Made by a program: the position numbers and the translations under genes. Shown here piece by piece: positions 48,447-57,904 of a stretch of DNA of 64,000 nucleotides (the stretch's first letter is position 1; each line of letters begins with the position of its first letter). Source of the DNA: an uncultured Bacteroidales bacterium. Its GTDB lineage: Bacteria; Bacteroidota; Bacteroidia; Bacteroidales; S143-33. The stretch covers positions 16,292 to 80,291 of the forward strand of contig CAZYSM010000003.1 of the NCBI GenBank assembly GCA_964649975.1, read 5' to 3'. Below the pieces are notes generated by a model. The model worked only from the letters and a program-made list of their open reading frames with translations, made no database searches and was not told where the DNA came from.

Positions 48447-49988
48447 ATGGATAAACCGAAATTAGGAAATAAAAACGATTATAGCAATAATCAAGAAACT
48501 CCTTGTATGAGTCTTTCTATTTTCCGTACCCTCCAGGATAACAATATTGAATACGTCTATATTGGTCAGTTTACCAATAAAATCACAGATTCCATACTCT
48601 CCCTGGCCGAACTAAATCTACAATTAATCAACGAAAGTCTCAAAGTACGCAAACGTGTCTATTTCATACTTGTAGAAGGCCTGCAAAATATCACACGACA
48701 TCAGAGCATCACCCCAAAACATGTGGATAAAAGTGGAGTACTGATAATACAAAGAATTAAAGACCAATACATCATAACCACAGCCAATTATGTAAAAAAG
48801 AGTGAAATAGAAAACCTCAAACAGCACATTGACTCCATTAATAGCCTTGGCGACAAAGAATTAAAAGACTATTACCGGGAAATTTTACAAAAACAAAAGA
48901 TCTCTCACAAAGGAGGAGCAGGACTTGGACTAATAGAAATAGCCAGAAAATCCAATAATAAATTATTATACGAATTCCAACCTGCTGATAAAGAACATTA
49001 TGTATTTTTCCTGCAAACACAAATCTCTCCGGCCAAAAGCACTGAAAATCAAACCAATAAAGAAAACCTTGAAAACATAAAAGAAGTATATAACAAACTG
49101 GTAAAATGCAATATTTTATTTTCAATTTCCGGAATATTTAACCAGGACAAAATAATTTACATGCTCTCGCTCCTGGAAAAAAGATTGCAATCCCAGACCT
49201 CCTCTAAAAACAAAATTTTTAATATAATAGTAGAGCTCTTACAAAATATTGTAAACCATGCCGATGATTATATAGAACATAAAGCTCAGGGACATCACGG
49301 AGTATTTTACATTGCCGAACAGGACAATAATCTCATTATCACCACGGGAAATTATATTAAAAATGAAAAGATAAACAAAGTAAAAGGTCTCCTCAACAAA
49401 ATTAACTCTCTATCTATAAAGGAATTAAATGAGAAACACCGTAATATACTCAAAAAATTTAAAAGTAATCAGAAATATGATCAGGCTGGGCTGGGGCTTA
49501 TAAATTTACGGCTGAAATCCAGAGACAAAATAAATTTCTATTTTGAAAAAGTAGATGATAAATTTAGCTTCTTTTCCATAGAGGTAAAATTAAAAAAAGA
49601 CAGCAACATAAGACTTAACCCCCTGCATATCAAAGCAACTGACAACACCCCAGCTGTTATTTTAGCGCCCACTAAATCGGAATTTATATTCCGTGGCACC
49701 TGCATTCCCTGTGATGCCAGGTCGTTTTTTGCGCCGATACAAAAATGGATGGACCAATATTCAAATGCACCTCTAAACTATACCCCTATAACATTTGACC
49801 TAAACATCATAAACACTCCATGCCAAAAAGAATTAACACAACTCTTTGAAAAGATTAGCAAACTGAACGACAGTTCAATAGTAACTATAAAATGGAAATA
49901 TAAAAAAGGAGATACGGACATAAAAGAATTTGGCGAGAATTTAGCCAAAATATTTCCTCATATAAAAATAGAACTTATCCCCAAATAA
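48447..49988 (+). CDS. Fusion protein: two tandem SiaB-like GHKL kinase modules plus a C-terminal DUF1987/SiaC-like domain
   Basis: Internal duplication: VYFILVEGLQNITRH / IFNIIVELLQNIVNH; YIITTANYVKKSEIENLKQHIDSINSL / LIITTGNYIKNEKINKVKGLLNKINSL; GGAGLGLIEIARKS / DQAGLGLINLRLKS. The C-terminal 124 aa (nt 49614-49985) read TPAVIL..FIFRGTCIP.DARSFFAPIQKWM..ITFDLNIINTPCQ..VTIKWKYKKGDTD, the DUF1987 pattern. The true start may be the ATG at 48507. Confidence 0.75.
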   Translation: MDKPKLGNKNDYSNNQETPCMSLSIFRTLQDNNIEYVYIGQFTNKITDSILSLAELNLQLINESLKVRKRVYFILVEGLQNITRHQSITPKHVDKSGVLIIQRIKDQYIITTANYVKKSEIENLKQHIDSINSLGDKELKDYYREILQKQKISHKGGAGLGLIEIARKSNNKLLYEFQPADKEHYVFFLQTQISPAKSTENQTNKENLENIKEVYNKLVKCNILFSISGIFNQDKIIYMLSLLEKRLQSQTSSKNKIFNIIVELLQNIVNHADDYIEHKAQGHHGVFYIAEQDNNLIITTGNYIKNEKINKVKGLLNKINSLSIKELNEKHRNILKKFKSNQKYDQAGLGLINLRLKSRDKINFYFEKVDDKFSFFSIEVKLKKDSNIRLNPLHIKATDNTPAVILAPTKSEFIFRGTCIPCDARSFFAPIQKWMDQYSNAPLNYTPITFDLNIINTPCQKELTQLFEKISKLNDSSIVTIKWKYKKGDTDIKEFGENLAKIFPHIKIELIPK

Positions 49989-50024
49989 CATCATTCTTTA
50001 ACAAAAAAACAATTTAATATACCA

Positions 50025-50723
50025 ATGAAAGCAATGATACTCGCTGCAGGTCTGGGTACCCGTCTGCGGCCATGGACTAATAACAGACCCAAAGCACTTG
50101 TGGAATATCATGGAAAAACTCTGCTTGAATACGCAATAGAAAAACTTAAATCTTACGGTTTCAACCAGATAATAATCAATGTACACCATTTCGCAAATCA
50201 AATTATTGATTTCGTAAAACAGCATAACTACTTTGATATTGAGATTGTATTTTCGGATGAAACAAAGGATCTATTGGATACTGGTGGGGGCATACAAAAA
50301 GCCAGCTGGTATTTAAAGGATAGCCCAAAATTCCTCGTCTATAACGTTGATATTCTCTCGGATATAGACCTGAAAAAATTATATGAAGATCATCCCCAGC
50401 AGGCACTTGCAACACTGGCAGTACAGAAAAGGCCTACCAGCCGGACTCTCCTGTTTACTCAAGCAGGAAAAAAACTCTGTGGGTGGAAAAATCATAATAC
50501 TGGTGCACAAAGACTTATAGAAAGTTTATGCACTAATTATCAAGAGTTTGCTTTTAGCGGAATTCACATTTTATCCGGGGAAATATTCAAATTCTTACCC
50601 TCGGGGAAATATTCAATCATCACAGCTTACCTTGATATAGCAGAACAAGGAGGCTTTATAACTTATCACGACCATACGGGAGATAACTGGAAAGATATGG
50701 GACTGAAGGAAAATTACTTGTAG
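50025..50723 (+). CDS. Sugar-phosphate nucleotidyltransferase (MurU / NTP-transferase family)
   Basis: MKAMILAAGLGTRLRPWTNNRPKALV is the N-terminal nucleotide-binding signature; ..DTGGG... Confidence 0.8.
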   Translation: MKAMILAAGLGTRLRPWTNNRPKALVEYHGKTLLEYAIEKLKSYGFNQIIINVHHFANQIIDFVKQHNYFDIEIVFSDETKDLLDTGGGIQKASWYLKDSPKFLVYNVDILSDIDLKKLYEDHPQQALATLAVQKRPTSRTLLFTQAGKKLCGWKNHNTGAQRLIESLCTNYQEFAFSGIHILSGEIFKFLPSGKYSIITAYLDIAEQGGFITYHDHTGDNWKDMGLKENYL

Positions 50724-50724
50724 C

Positions 50725-51093
50725 TTACTCCACTGAAATAAAATTAAAATCAATGCCAATCAAATCGCTTATATCCATACCTAAATCACGAAATTCCTCG
50801 TCCGAATAATACCAATTAATTACGACCTTATAACCCATTTTCTGCAAGTCTGACATCAAACTGATTATCTCAAATAAATGTACCTGCGAGCTCGTATTGA
50901 AAAAATCAAGATTAATGTCCAGAACAGTTTCTTGGGCAGGTACAAGGATATATTCCTTCAACCAGGCTATAGGCTTTTTGTAAAACTCATGAGCATTTTC
51001 AAGAATGGACACCCCTGTAATTGACAAACGTCCATCGGCCAAAAACTTAATCTCCGGACTCTTATTCGTCTGCCTGATAATTAGGTCTTCCAT
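50725..51093 (-). CDS. Stand-alone DUF1987 / SiaC-like regulatory phosphoprotein
   Basis: SPEIKF..GRLSITGVSILENAHEFYKKPIAWL..VLDINLDFFNTSSQVHLF..VVINWYYSDEEFRDLGMDISDLIGIDFNFISVE. A paralogue of 21850-22248. Confidence 0.75.
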   Translation of the reverse strand: MEDLIIRQTNKSPEIKFLADGRLSITGVSILENAHEFYKKPIAWLKEYILVPAQETVLDINLDFFNTSSQVHLFEIISLMSDLQKMGYKVVINWYYSDEEFRDLGMDISDLIGIDFNFISVE

Positions 51094-51172
51094 CTCTCTA
51101 TTTTATTTTTGCAAGCATAAATGTAAAAAATCCTCTTGGAAAATAAAAAAGAAAATGTGAAGTTAACAAAAA

Positions 51173-51514
51173 TCATTCTCCTATTAACATCTGCCATACA
51201 GCGCCCCAGCCAGGAAAGCCTCCCAGATTACGGTCATCTATATATATATCAGCCAGGATTTTACGACTACCTTCGGACGGATTAAACACCTCTCCCGGAT
51301 AATTAGCATTGACAGCATAAAATTCCACTCCGTTTTTTCTGCAAAATTCCACTGCTTCATCCAGTAACTCTCCAGTGCGATATGTCCACAATATCAATAG
51401 ATGTCCTCGCTTCTGCAGTTCTCGCAGGGTCTGAAAAGCAAAACGCTTGGGTTTTCCAATCTTTGGATACCGGTCTTCAACAATTGTTCCGTCAAAATCC
51501 ACTGCAATAATCAT
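51173..51514 (-). CDS. Small HAD-like phosphatase (single-domain, BT0820-like)
   Basis: MIIAVDFDGTIVE (DxDGT motif I), ..ILWTYR.., ..DIYIDDRNLGG. Confidence 0.7.
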   Translation of the reverse strand: MIIAVDFDGTIVEDRYPKIGKPKRFAFQTLRELQKRGHLLILWTYRTGELLDEAVEFCRKNGVEFYAVNANYPGEVFNPSEGSRKILADIYIDDRNLGGFPGWGAVWQMLIGE

Positions 51515-51601
51515 TTTTTTCGTATTTTTATAAAAACTTGCAACTTTACATGCAAATCTACAATCTATATTTTAAATGAGCCAAAAGCTAAAATTTTTAG
51601 A

Positions 51602-54600
51602 ATGAAAAAAATTGCTTTATTTCTTATAATCACTTCCTTATTTATACCAGTCATAATTGAGGCACAAACAACACTACCATCGTCCGAGAGTTTTGAAACC
51701 GGCTTTGGTATATGGAAACAAGCAACTAACGATAATCTGGACTGGACAAGATGGTCAGGCCCTACTCCAACCGATTCCACAGGGCCTGATGCGGCATACG
51801 ATGGCGACTATTACATTTATATAGAAAGCGACCCTCACAACTATAATCCAGCTCACCATGCAGACCTGGTAGGATTTTTTGACTTCACAGGAACTACATA
51901 TCCCATGATCTCCTTTTATTATAACATGTACGGAGAATTTATTAACTATCTGGAAATTAAAATTTCAACAGATTCAACTAATTGGACTCTTCTGGACAGA
52001 ATCATTGGTAATCAGGGCCAGGGGTGGCACAGAAAAATAATTTGTCTGAATAATTATGCGGATACTGATACAGTTTATATTGTATTCAGTGCATACACAA
52101 GTGGGGACAGCTCTGCTAATGCTACAAGATCCGATATTGCTATTGATAAAATTCAACTGGTGGACTTCAAATTTGTGGACACAACAATTACAGATGTCTC
52201 CTGTGGTGGATATTCCGACGGTTCTATCAATGTCGCAGTAAAGGGCGGCTTTGCTCCTTTTGAATACACCATTGACGGAGGTACAAATTACACTACCCCC
52301 TCGTCCGATACAGTTCATCTTTTCTCCGGGCTCAGCGGAGGTGCTTATTTTACCAAGGTACGATCCGCCGGAACATGCGTAATGTCCGCAGGTTATTTAA
52401 CTGTTAACGAGCCGCCTAAACCTGATATCGTAGTGGATACCCAATACATCAAACCCTGTGTCTATAGTAATAATGGAGAAATACACATATCAGTATCAAA
52501 TGGGGATGCCCCACTATCTTATTCCATCACAGGACCGAGCGGAACATTTGTTTCTTCACCGGATTTTACTGGTCTGGACTCCGGATATTATCACGTAGCT
52601 GTCAAAGACGGCAAAGGATGTATATACGACCAGGGTCAGTATAAAATTGATCCCCTGTATCCAATAATAATAACAGACATACAAGCACAGGACGTTAACA
52701 CCTGTTATGGAGATTCCACAGGTTCCATTAACGTACAAGCTACGGGCGGATACGGTACTCTCACATATTCCATTGATACGGGCAATACATACGAGCCTGA
52801 CGGATATTTCCCTAACCTCCCTGCTGATACCTATGTAATATTTCTGAAAGATCTCAACGGATGCGTGGATACCACGCCTGAAATAACCATAAATCAACCT
52901 GCAAAAGTAGTTATAAATAACATCACAAAACAGGATGTAACAACCTGTTACGGGGATTCTACTGGATACATTGACATAAGTGCCAGCGGAGGATCCGGAG
53001 GTCTGAAATATTCCATTAACGGAGGCAATAGCTATCTGCTTAACAGTAAATTTGATAGCTTGCCAGCAGGAGATTATTATGTTATGGTAAGCGATAGCAA
53101 TAACTGCACGGATGGGCCCGACACTGTCACCATCACTCAACCTCCGAAACTTGTCATTGACAGTGTCAAATATACAAACGTTACAGGCTGCTATGGAGAT
53201 TCCTCTGGAACAATTGAAATATACGCGAAAGGAGGAACACCCACATTGCAATATTCCATTGACAACGGTCAAAACTTCAAACTACTGAACTATTTTGACA
53301 AACTACCTGCTGGCACTTATTATCCTTATGTCAAAGATGGATCCAATTGTATTGTTACAGCTCCACAAATAACTATCACTCAACCGCCAAAGCTTACAAT
53401 ATCCAGTATAGCAACAACCAATATTCAAAAATGCTACGGCGATTCTACCGGACAGATAATCATCTATGCTGTAGGCGGAACCTCACCTATCTCCTATTCC
53501 ATTGATACTGGCACCACTGTGCAAAGCTCCAATCTTTTTGATAGTCTGCCGGCTGGTACTTATCGTCCTTTTGTTCAGGATGCCAACGGATGTAAAGATA
53601 CAGGAAACGCTGTCACCCTTACCCAACCCACACAAATAACCATCACAGACCAGGCCTGGGGAGATGTTAAATGTTATCAGACCGAGACAGGCTGGATATA
53701 TGTCAATGCCACAGGTGGCACAGGATCCTTGCTATATTCTATTGATAGTGGATCAGTATTCAACCACAACATAGGGGACACTATCTCGGTATATGCAGGA
53801 AATTACAATATAGCAGTCCAGGACGAAAACGGATGTACTGTTTTTGGCAGCCAACTTACTGTTAACGAACCACCCTTGCTTGCAATAGACAGCGTTGTAG
53901 TACAGGATGTTAATACCTGCTACGGAGATTCTACTGGTAAAATAACCATCTATGCCAGCGGTGGAACACCACCTTACCAGTATTCCATTGATGGTGGCGC
54001 CACGTTGAGATCGTCAAATGTATTTGACAGCTTGCCTTCTGGAACAAATTATTCTCCTTTTATAATAGATGCTAACGGATGTATCAAAACCAGCTCAAAT
54101 GTTTCCATTGCCCAGCCATCACCAGTACATTTTGTTGATATTTCAAAAGCAGATATAGATACATGCCACGGTGTGCCAATAGGGCAAATATCCATACAGG
54201 TAGCTGGAGGAACTGCACCTTACCAATATTCCATAGACAGTGGACAGAATTTTGTAGTATCTTCTAACTTCAATAACCTATATGCAGGACGATATTACAT
54301 AACAGTTAAAGATGACCACGATTGTCAAATCTGGTATTCCCAGCCTATTGATATAATTCAGCCTGATACTCTGGTATTTGACAGCCTGACATACAGGAAC
54401 ATTACCTGTAATGGTCTGCAGGACGGACAAATCACAGTATTCTCACATGGAGGTAAAGGGCCATATTCATATCATCTGATTAATCTTAACACTAACGACA
54501 CAATTACTTCTGCTTCCTATTATTTTCCTTCGCTGAGTGCTTCATCTTATCAGGTACAGGTGCAGGACTACTACAATTGCAGAATTGACACACAAGTTAC

Positions 54601-56617
54601 TATAACCGAGCCACCAGCTCTGGTATTGGATTCTGTATCTTATCAGGACGTGCAAACTTGTTACGGTGATTCCACGGGTGTAATAAAAATATACGCCCAT
54701 GGAGGAACAGCGCCGATAAAATACTCCTACGCTATTATTGGCCGTAATCTTACACAGTATTACGATACCAACGTATTCAATGTTCCGGCAGGTTTCTACT
54801 ACACAGGAATAATTGATTCTATGGGCTGTACTCAAACCTCACAGGCTTTTACCATACATCAGCCCGACCCGGTTTATTTAAGCAGCTACCAGACTACACC
54901 TATTACATGTCACGGTGATAATAATGCTACAATCCTTATTAATGCCCAGGGAGGCACTGGTCAGCTATATTACAGTATAGATTCCGGACAAACCTGGTCA
55001 GTGGATTCTCTCTTTATTAACCTCATAGCTGGTACTTACCACTTAAGAGTTAAAGACCAACGTAACTGCTATTCATCTCAAATACCAGAAGTGACAATTA
55101 AGAATCCGGATCCGCTCATTATTGACACAATAGTGGCATACGACGTAAAATGCTACGGATCTGCAGACGGACATATCGTTATAATAGCACGCGGAGGAAC
55201 AGATCCTCTGCAATACAGCATTGACAGCATTCATTTCCAGAGCCAAAATGATTTTTATAATCTTGACACAGGGATATATGTCGGCTATGTAGTGGATGCC
55301 AACGGATGTAGTGCTTCAGATACAAGCCGTTACATCACACAACCTCCTAACTATGCAGAATTCACAGTGGATACTAACCAGGGCTGTGCACCTCTGAACG
55401 TCAGATTCTTGCCAATACGCCCGGAAAATACTACTTTTTCGTGGGAATTCGGCGATTTGACCAGCTCACGCCAAACATCCCCATTACATATTTTCCATAA
55501 CCAGAGCGGTTCACCAGTAACCTATACCGTATCGGTCAAAGCTTACCACGGCTTATGTACCGACACTGCCAGTATGCCTATTACTGTTTATCCGCAACCC
55601 ACTCTGGACATAACCATTGATTCTGTAGTATCCTTTTATCCCGACACAATAGTGGAATTCACAAATAATTCCCCGGCATATTATACGGATTATACATGGG
55701 ACTATGGAGATGGAACTGTGGAACACATTGTACATCCTGTTATACATGCCTATCCAGGCTGCGGAGAATATAATCTGATGGTTAGTGCCCGTAATACTTA
55801 TTATTGTTATGATACACTCAGGACAACCATTAATATAACAGCATTTCCACCCACACCAGCGTTTGTGATGAGTGATAATGACGGATGTGCTCCTCTGACC
55901 ATTGAATTTTACAACTCTACAAGTGATGCACAAAGTTATGTATGGAACTTTGGTGATAACACCGACACGACAACGGAAATCAATCCTACACACACCTTTA
56001 CCCAGGGCGGAACATACATGGTAACACTCAAAGCAATAGGTTATTGTGGTAAATATGCCGAAATTTCCCAGCCGGTTTATGTATATAAAAATCCATCTGT
56101 GGAATTTTCTATTGCCCCGGATACTGCCAGCGTGGGCCAGGTAATCGTTTTCACTAATAAAACCATAGGTGGTGATTATTATCTCTGGGATTTTGGAGAT
56201 GGAGAAACATCCTCGGAAGAAAATCCACGGAAAAAATACGACAAAGCCGGTATCTATGACGTAAAACTTGTTGCAACTTCGGCAGATGGATGTACCGACA
56301 GCCTGACAAAAGAAGATGCTGTGGTTATTATCAGTGACCTGTTTGTACAATTTCCAACTGCCTTTACTCCGGATGGTGACGGCATCAATGACTATTTCAA
56401 ACCTATAATGAATTACGTAAAATACGCAAAATTGTCTATTTACGACCGCTACGGTAATCTGATATTCCAGACCGACCATCCGGAAAGTGAATTCTGGGAT
56501 GGCAATCTGCCCAATGGGAAACCATTGCCTTCAGACGTCTATGTATGGCATATCACAGGAATGTTTATCAACGGACAGGGATTTGATAAATCCGGAGAAG
56601 TGACTTTATTGCGATAA
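51602..56617 (+). CDS. T9SS type-B cargo: MAM-like domain, 13 SprB repeats, PKD domains, gliding-motility-type C-terminal sorting domain
   Basis: Start set to MKKIALFLIITSLFIPVIIEAQ; the track ORF starts at 51401 and overlaps the neighbouring gene. MAM-like FETGFGIWKQ..DWTRWSGPTPTDSTGP. 13 units of CYGDSTG.I...A.GG...[LY].YSID.G......F..L.AG.Y. PKD-like (GCAPL..F.N.S.....W.FGDG). C-terminal FPTAFTPDGDGINDYFKP. Confidence 0.9.
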   Translation: MKKIALFLIITSLFIPVIIEAQTTLPSSESFETGFGIWKQATNDNLDWTRWSGPTPTDSTGPDAAYDGDYYIYIESDPHNYNPAHHADLVGFFDFTGTTYPMISFYYNMYGEFINYLEIKISTDSTNWTLLDRIIGNQGQGWHRKIICLNNYADTDTVYIVFSAYTSGDSSANATRSDIAIDKIQLVDFKFVDTTITDVSCGGYSDGSINVAVKGGFAPFEYTIDGGTNYTTPSSDTVHLFSGLSGGAYFTKVRSAGTCVMSAGYLTVNEPPKPDIVVDTQYIKPCVYSNNGEIHISVSNGDAPLSYSITGPSGTFVSSPDFTGLDSGYYHVAVKDGKGCIYDQGQYKIDPLYPIIITDIQAQDVNTCYGDSTGSINVQATGGYGTLTYSIDTGNTYEPDGYFPNLPADTYVIFLKDLNGCVDTTPEITINQPAKVVINNITKQDVTTCYGDSTGYIDISASGGSGGLKYSINGGNSYLLNSKFDSLPAGDYYVMVSDSNNCTDGPDTVTITQPPKLVIDSVKYTNVTGCYGDSSGTIEIYAKGGTPTLQYSIDNGQNFKLLNYFDKLPAGTYYPYVKDGSNCIVTAPQITITQPPKLTISSIATTNIQKCYGDSTGQIIIYAVGGTSPISYSIDTGTTVQSSNLFDSLPAGTYRPFVQDANGCKDTGNAVTLTQPTQITITDQAWGDVKCYQTETGWIYVNATGGTGSLLYSIDSGSVFNHNIGDTISVYAGNYNIAVQDENGCTVFGSQLTVNEPPLLAIDSVVVQDVNTCYGDSTGKITIYASGGTPPYQYSIDGGATLRSSNVFDSLPSGTNYSPFIIDANGCIKTSSNVSIAQPSPVHFVDISKADIDTCHGVPIGQISIQVAGGTAPYQYSIDSGQNFVVSSNFNNLYAGRYYITVKDDHDCQIWYSQPIDIIQPDTLVFDSLTYRNITCNGLQDGQITVFSHGGKGPYSYHLINLNTNDTITSASYYFPSLSASSYQVQVQDYYNCRIDTQVTITEPPALVLDSVSYQDVQTCYGDSTGVIKIYAHGGTAPIKYSYAIIGRNLTQYYDTNVFNVPAGFYYTGIIDSMGCTQTSQAFTIHQPDPVYLSSYQTTPITCHGDNNATILINAQGGTGQLYYSIDSGQTWSVDSLFINLIAGTYHLRVKDQRNCYSSQIPEVTIKNPDPLIIDTIVAYDVKCYGSADGHIVIIARGGTDPLQYSIDSIHFQSQNDFYNLDTGIYVGYVVDANGCSASDTSRYITQPPNYAEFTVDTNQGCAPLNVRFLPIRPENTTFSWEFGDLTSSRQTSPLHIFHNQSGSPVTYTVSVKAYHGLCTDTASMPITVYPQPTLDITIDSVVSFYPDTIVEFTNNSPAYYTDYTWDYGDGTVEHIVHPVIHAYPGCGEYNLMVSARNTYYCYDTLRTTINITAFPPTPAFVMSDNDGCAPLTIEFYNSTSDAQSYVWNFGDNTDTTTEINPTHTFTQGGTYMVTLKAIGYCGKYAEISQPVYVYKNPSVEFSIAPDTASVGQVIVFTNKTIGGDYYLWDFGDGETSSEENPRKKYDKAGIYDVKLVATSADGCTDSLTKEDAVVIISDLFVQFPTAFTPDGDGINDYFKPIMNYVKYAKLSIYDRYGNLIFQTDHPESEFWDGNLPNGKPLPSDVYVWHITGMFINGQGFDKSGEVTLLR
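52175..55350 (+). repeat. Tandem coding repeat array (13 SprB-type units, about 240 nt each)
   Basis: Recurrent nucleotide blocks tgctacggagattctactgg / tgttacggggattctactgg / tgttatggagattccacagg and ..tattccattga[ct]a.. at roughly 240-nt spacing. Confidence 0.8.
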
Positions 56618-56623
56618 AATAAA

Positions 56624-56631
56624 TATCTTTG
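56624..56631 (+). promoter_or_regulatory. -7 promoter box TAnnTTTG (tatctttg)
   Basis: Exact motif match 23 nt upstream of the start codon at 56654. Confidence 0.4.
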
Positions 56632-56653
56632 CGCAAAGACATTAAACCAGCTG

Positions 56654-57904
56654 ATGCTTCTGAACGAAACAATTGGCGAAAAAGATCATAAAAAGAATTT
56701 CGTTCTGCTGCTGTGGCAGTCGTTTTTCTTTTTATTGACAATCAACATACTGGACAAAGACACAATACTGCCTGGAATGTTCTCACGTATGGGAGCAGGC
56801 GAAATACTCATCGGCCTGCTCTCTGTCATTACTATAGGCTTACCTAAATTTTCCCAAATTTTTTTCGGACTAATATTACAGAATAAAATTACAAGGAAAA
56901 GATACATCCTTCACGGATTTAGCGTCCGTATAAGTGCATTATTGGCAATAGCTTACGTGCTATGGCAATATTACATATTCAACATCCCTGCTGGGTGGAC
57001 AATAGTCTTAATTCTGCTGCTGTTTACTATCTATTCCCTGGCAGCTGCATATACCAGCGTAGGTATGATTGACCTGGCTCCAAGATCATTATTTTATTCC
57101 TCGCTAAAAAAATTTTACTCCTTAAAACAGCTGGGCAACGGAATAGGAATAATTATTGCCCTGCTGGCAGTAAGACCTTTGCTGAAGATATTTCCTTATC
57201 CTGCCAACTATAGTTTTTTACACCTACTTGGTGCTATTACCCTGACCATTAGCACTATTGCCATATTTTTTGTAAAAGAAAAAATCATAGTCGCAAAAGC
57301 CAGCTACACATTAAAAAGATATTTTGGATTTGTTGTTAATGAACTGAAAAACAATAAAAGCCTTCTTTACCTCGCTCTAATAGTAAACTCCGAGGGTCTA
57401 TTTTTATCAATAATACCATTTTTTACAACACTGGCAATAAGCAAATTTGCTTTCAATGCCAAATTGGTAGGAACCTTGTTTGCATGGAAAATAATAGGTA
57501 TCCTTGCCAGCAGTATTTTTCTTACTTTCAAAAAAAACTATGATTACTTCAATGTCCTGAGGATAAATATTCTAATATCCATCCTTGCACCAATATTCAT
57601 TATCATTTTTTCTCAAAAATTACTTATTTATAAAATAATATTCTTCCTTGTAGGCGTGTTCAATAGTCTATACCGTATAAGTTTTGAAGGTTTACTTGTT
57701 GAAATATCCACCGAAAAGAACCGTCCGACCTATGCGAGCATCCTTGGATCAAGCAATATTTCCACCTTTATAATACCTTTATTATCAGGCAGTATGATAA
57801 AAGTCCTGGGATATGATTTTACTTTCATCCTTAGTGCAATATTTCTGTCGGCCACAATGATTTTTATATTCAAGCTAAAGCAAGAGATTAGTCATCAAGC
57901 ATAG
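56654..57904 (+). CDS. MFS-like polytopic membrane transporter
   Basis: 416 aa with about 12 hydrophobic helices and a central loop, which is MFS-like topology. No specific family recognised. Confidence 0.65.
   Translation: MLLNETIGEKDHKKNFVLLLWQSFFFLLTINILDKDTILPGMFSRMGAGEILIGLLSVITIGLPKFSQIFFGLILQNKITRKRYILHGFSVRISALLAIAYVLWQYYIFNIPAGWTIVLILLLFTIYSLAAAYTSVGMIDLAPRSLFYSSLKKFYSLKQLGNGIGIIIALLAVRPLLKIFPYPANYSFLHLLGAITLTISTIAIFFVKEKIIVAKASYTLKRYFGFVVNELKNNKSLLYLALIVNSEGLFLSIIPFFTTLAISKFAFNAKLVGTLFAWKIIGILASSIFLTFKKNYDYFNVLRINILISILAPIFIIIFSQKLLIYKIIFFLVGVFNSLYRISFEGLLVEISTEKNRPTYASILGSSNISTFIIPLLSGSMIKVLGYDFTFILSAIFLSATMIFIFKLKQEISHQA

Noticed and set aside
51401-51601. Upstream extension of the T9SS cargo ORF (track start 51401)
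   Set aside because: The extension overlaps the convergent, well-supported HAD-like gene (51173-51514) and has no signal peptide. The internal ATG at 51602 gives a canonical MKKIALFLII.. signal peptide.
52556-56479. Long antisense ORFs 52556-53272 (238 aa), 54542-54835 and 55553-56479 (308 aa) inside the T9SS cargo gene
   Set aside because: They lie opposite a strongly supported 5-kb coding frame. Their Cys/Ile/Val-rich products mirror the codon structure of the sense-strand repeats, so they are shadow ORFs.
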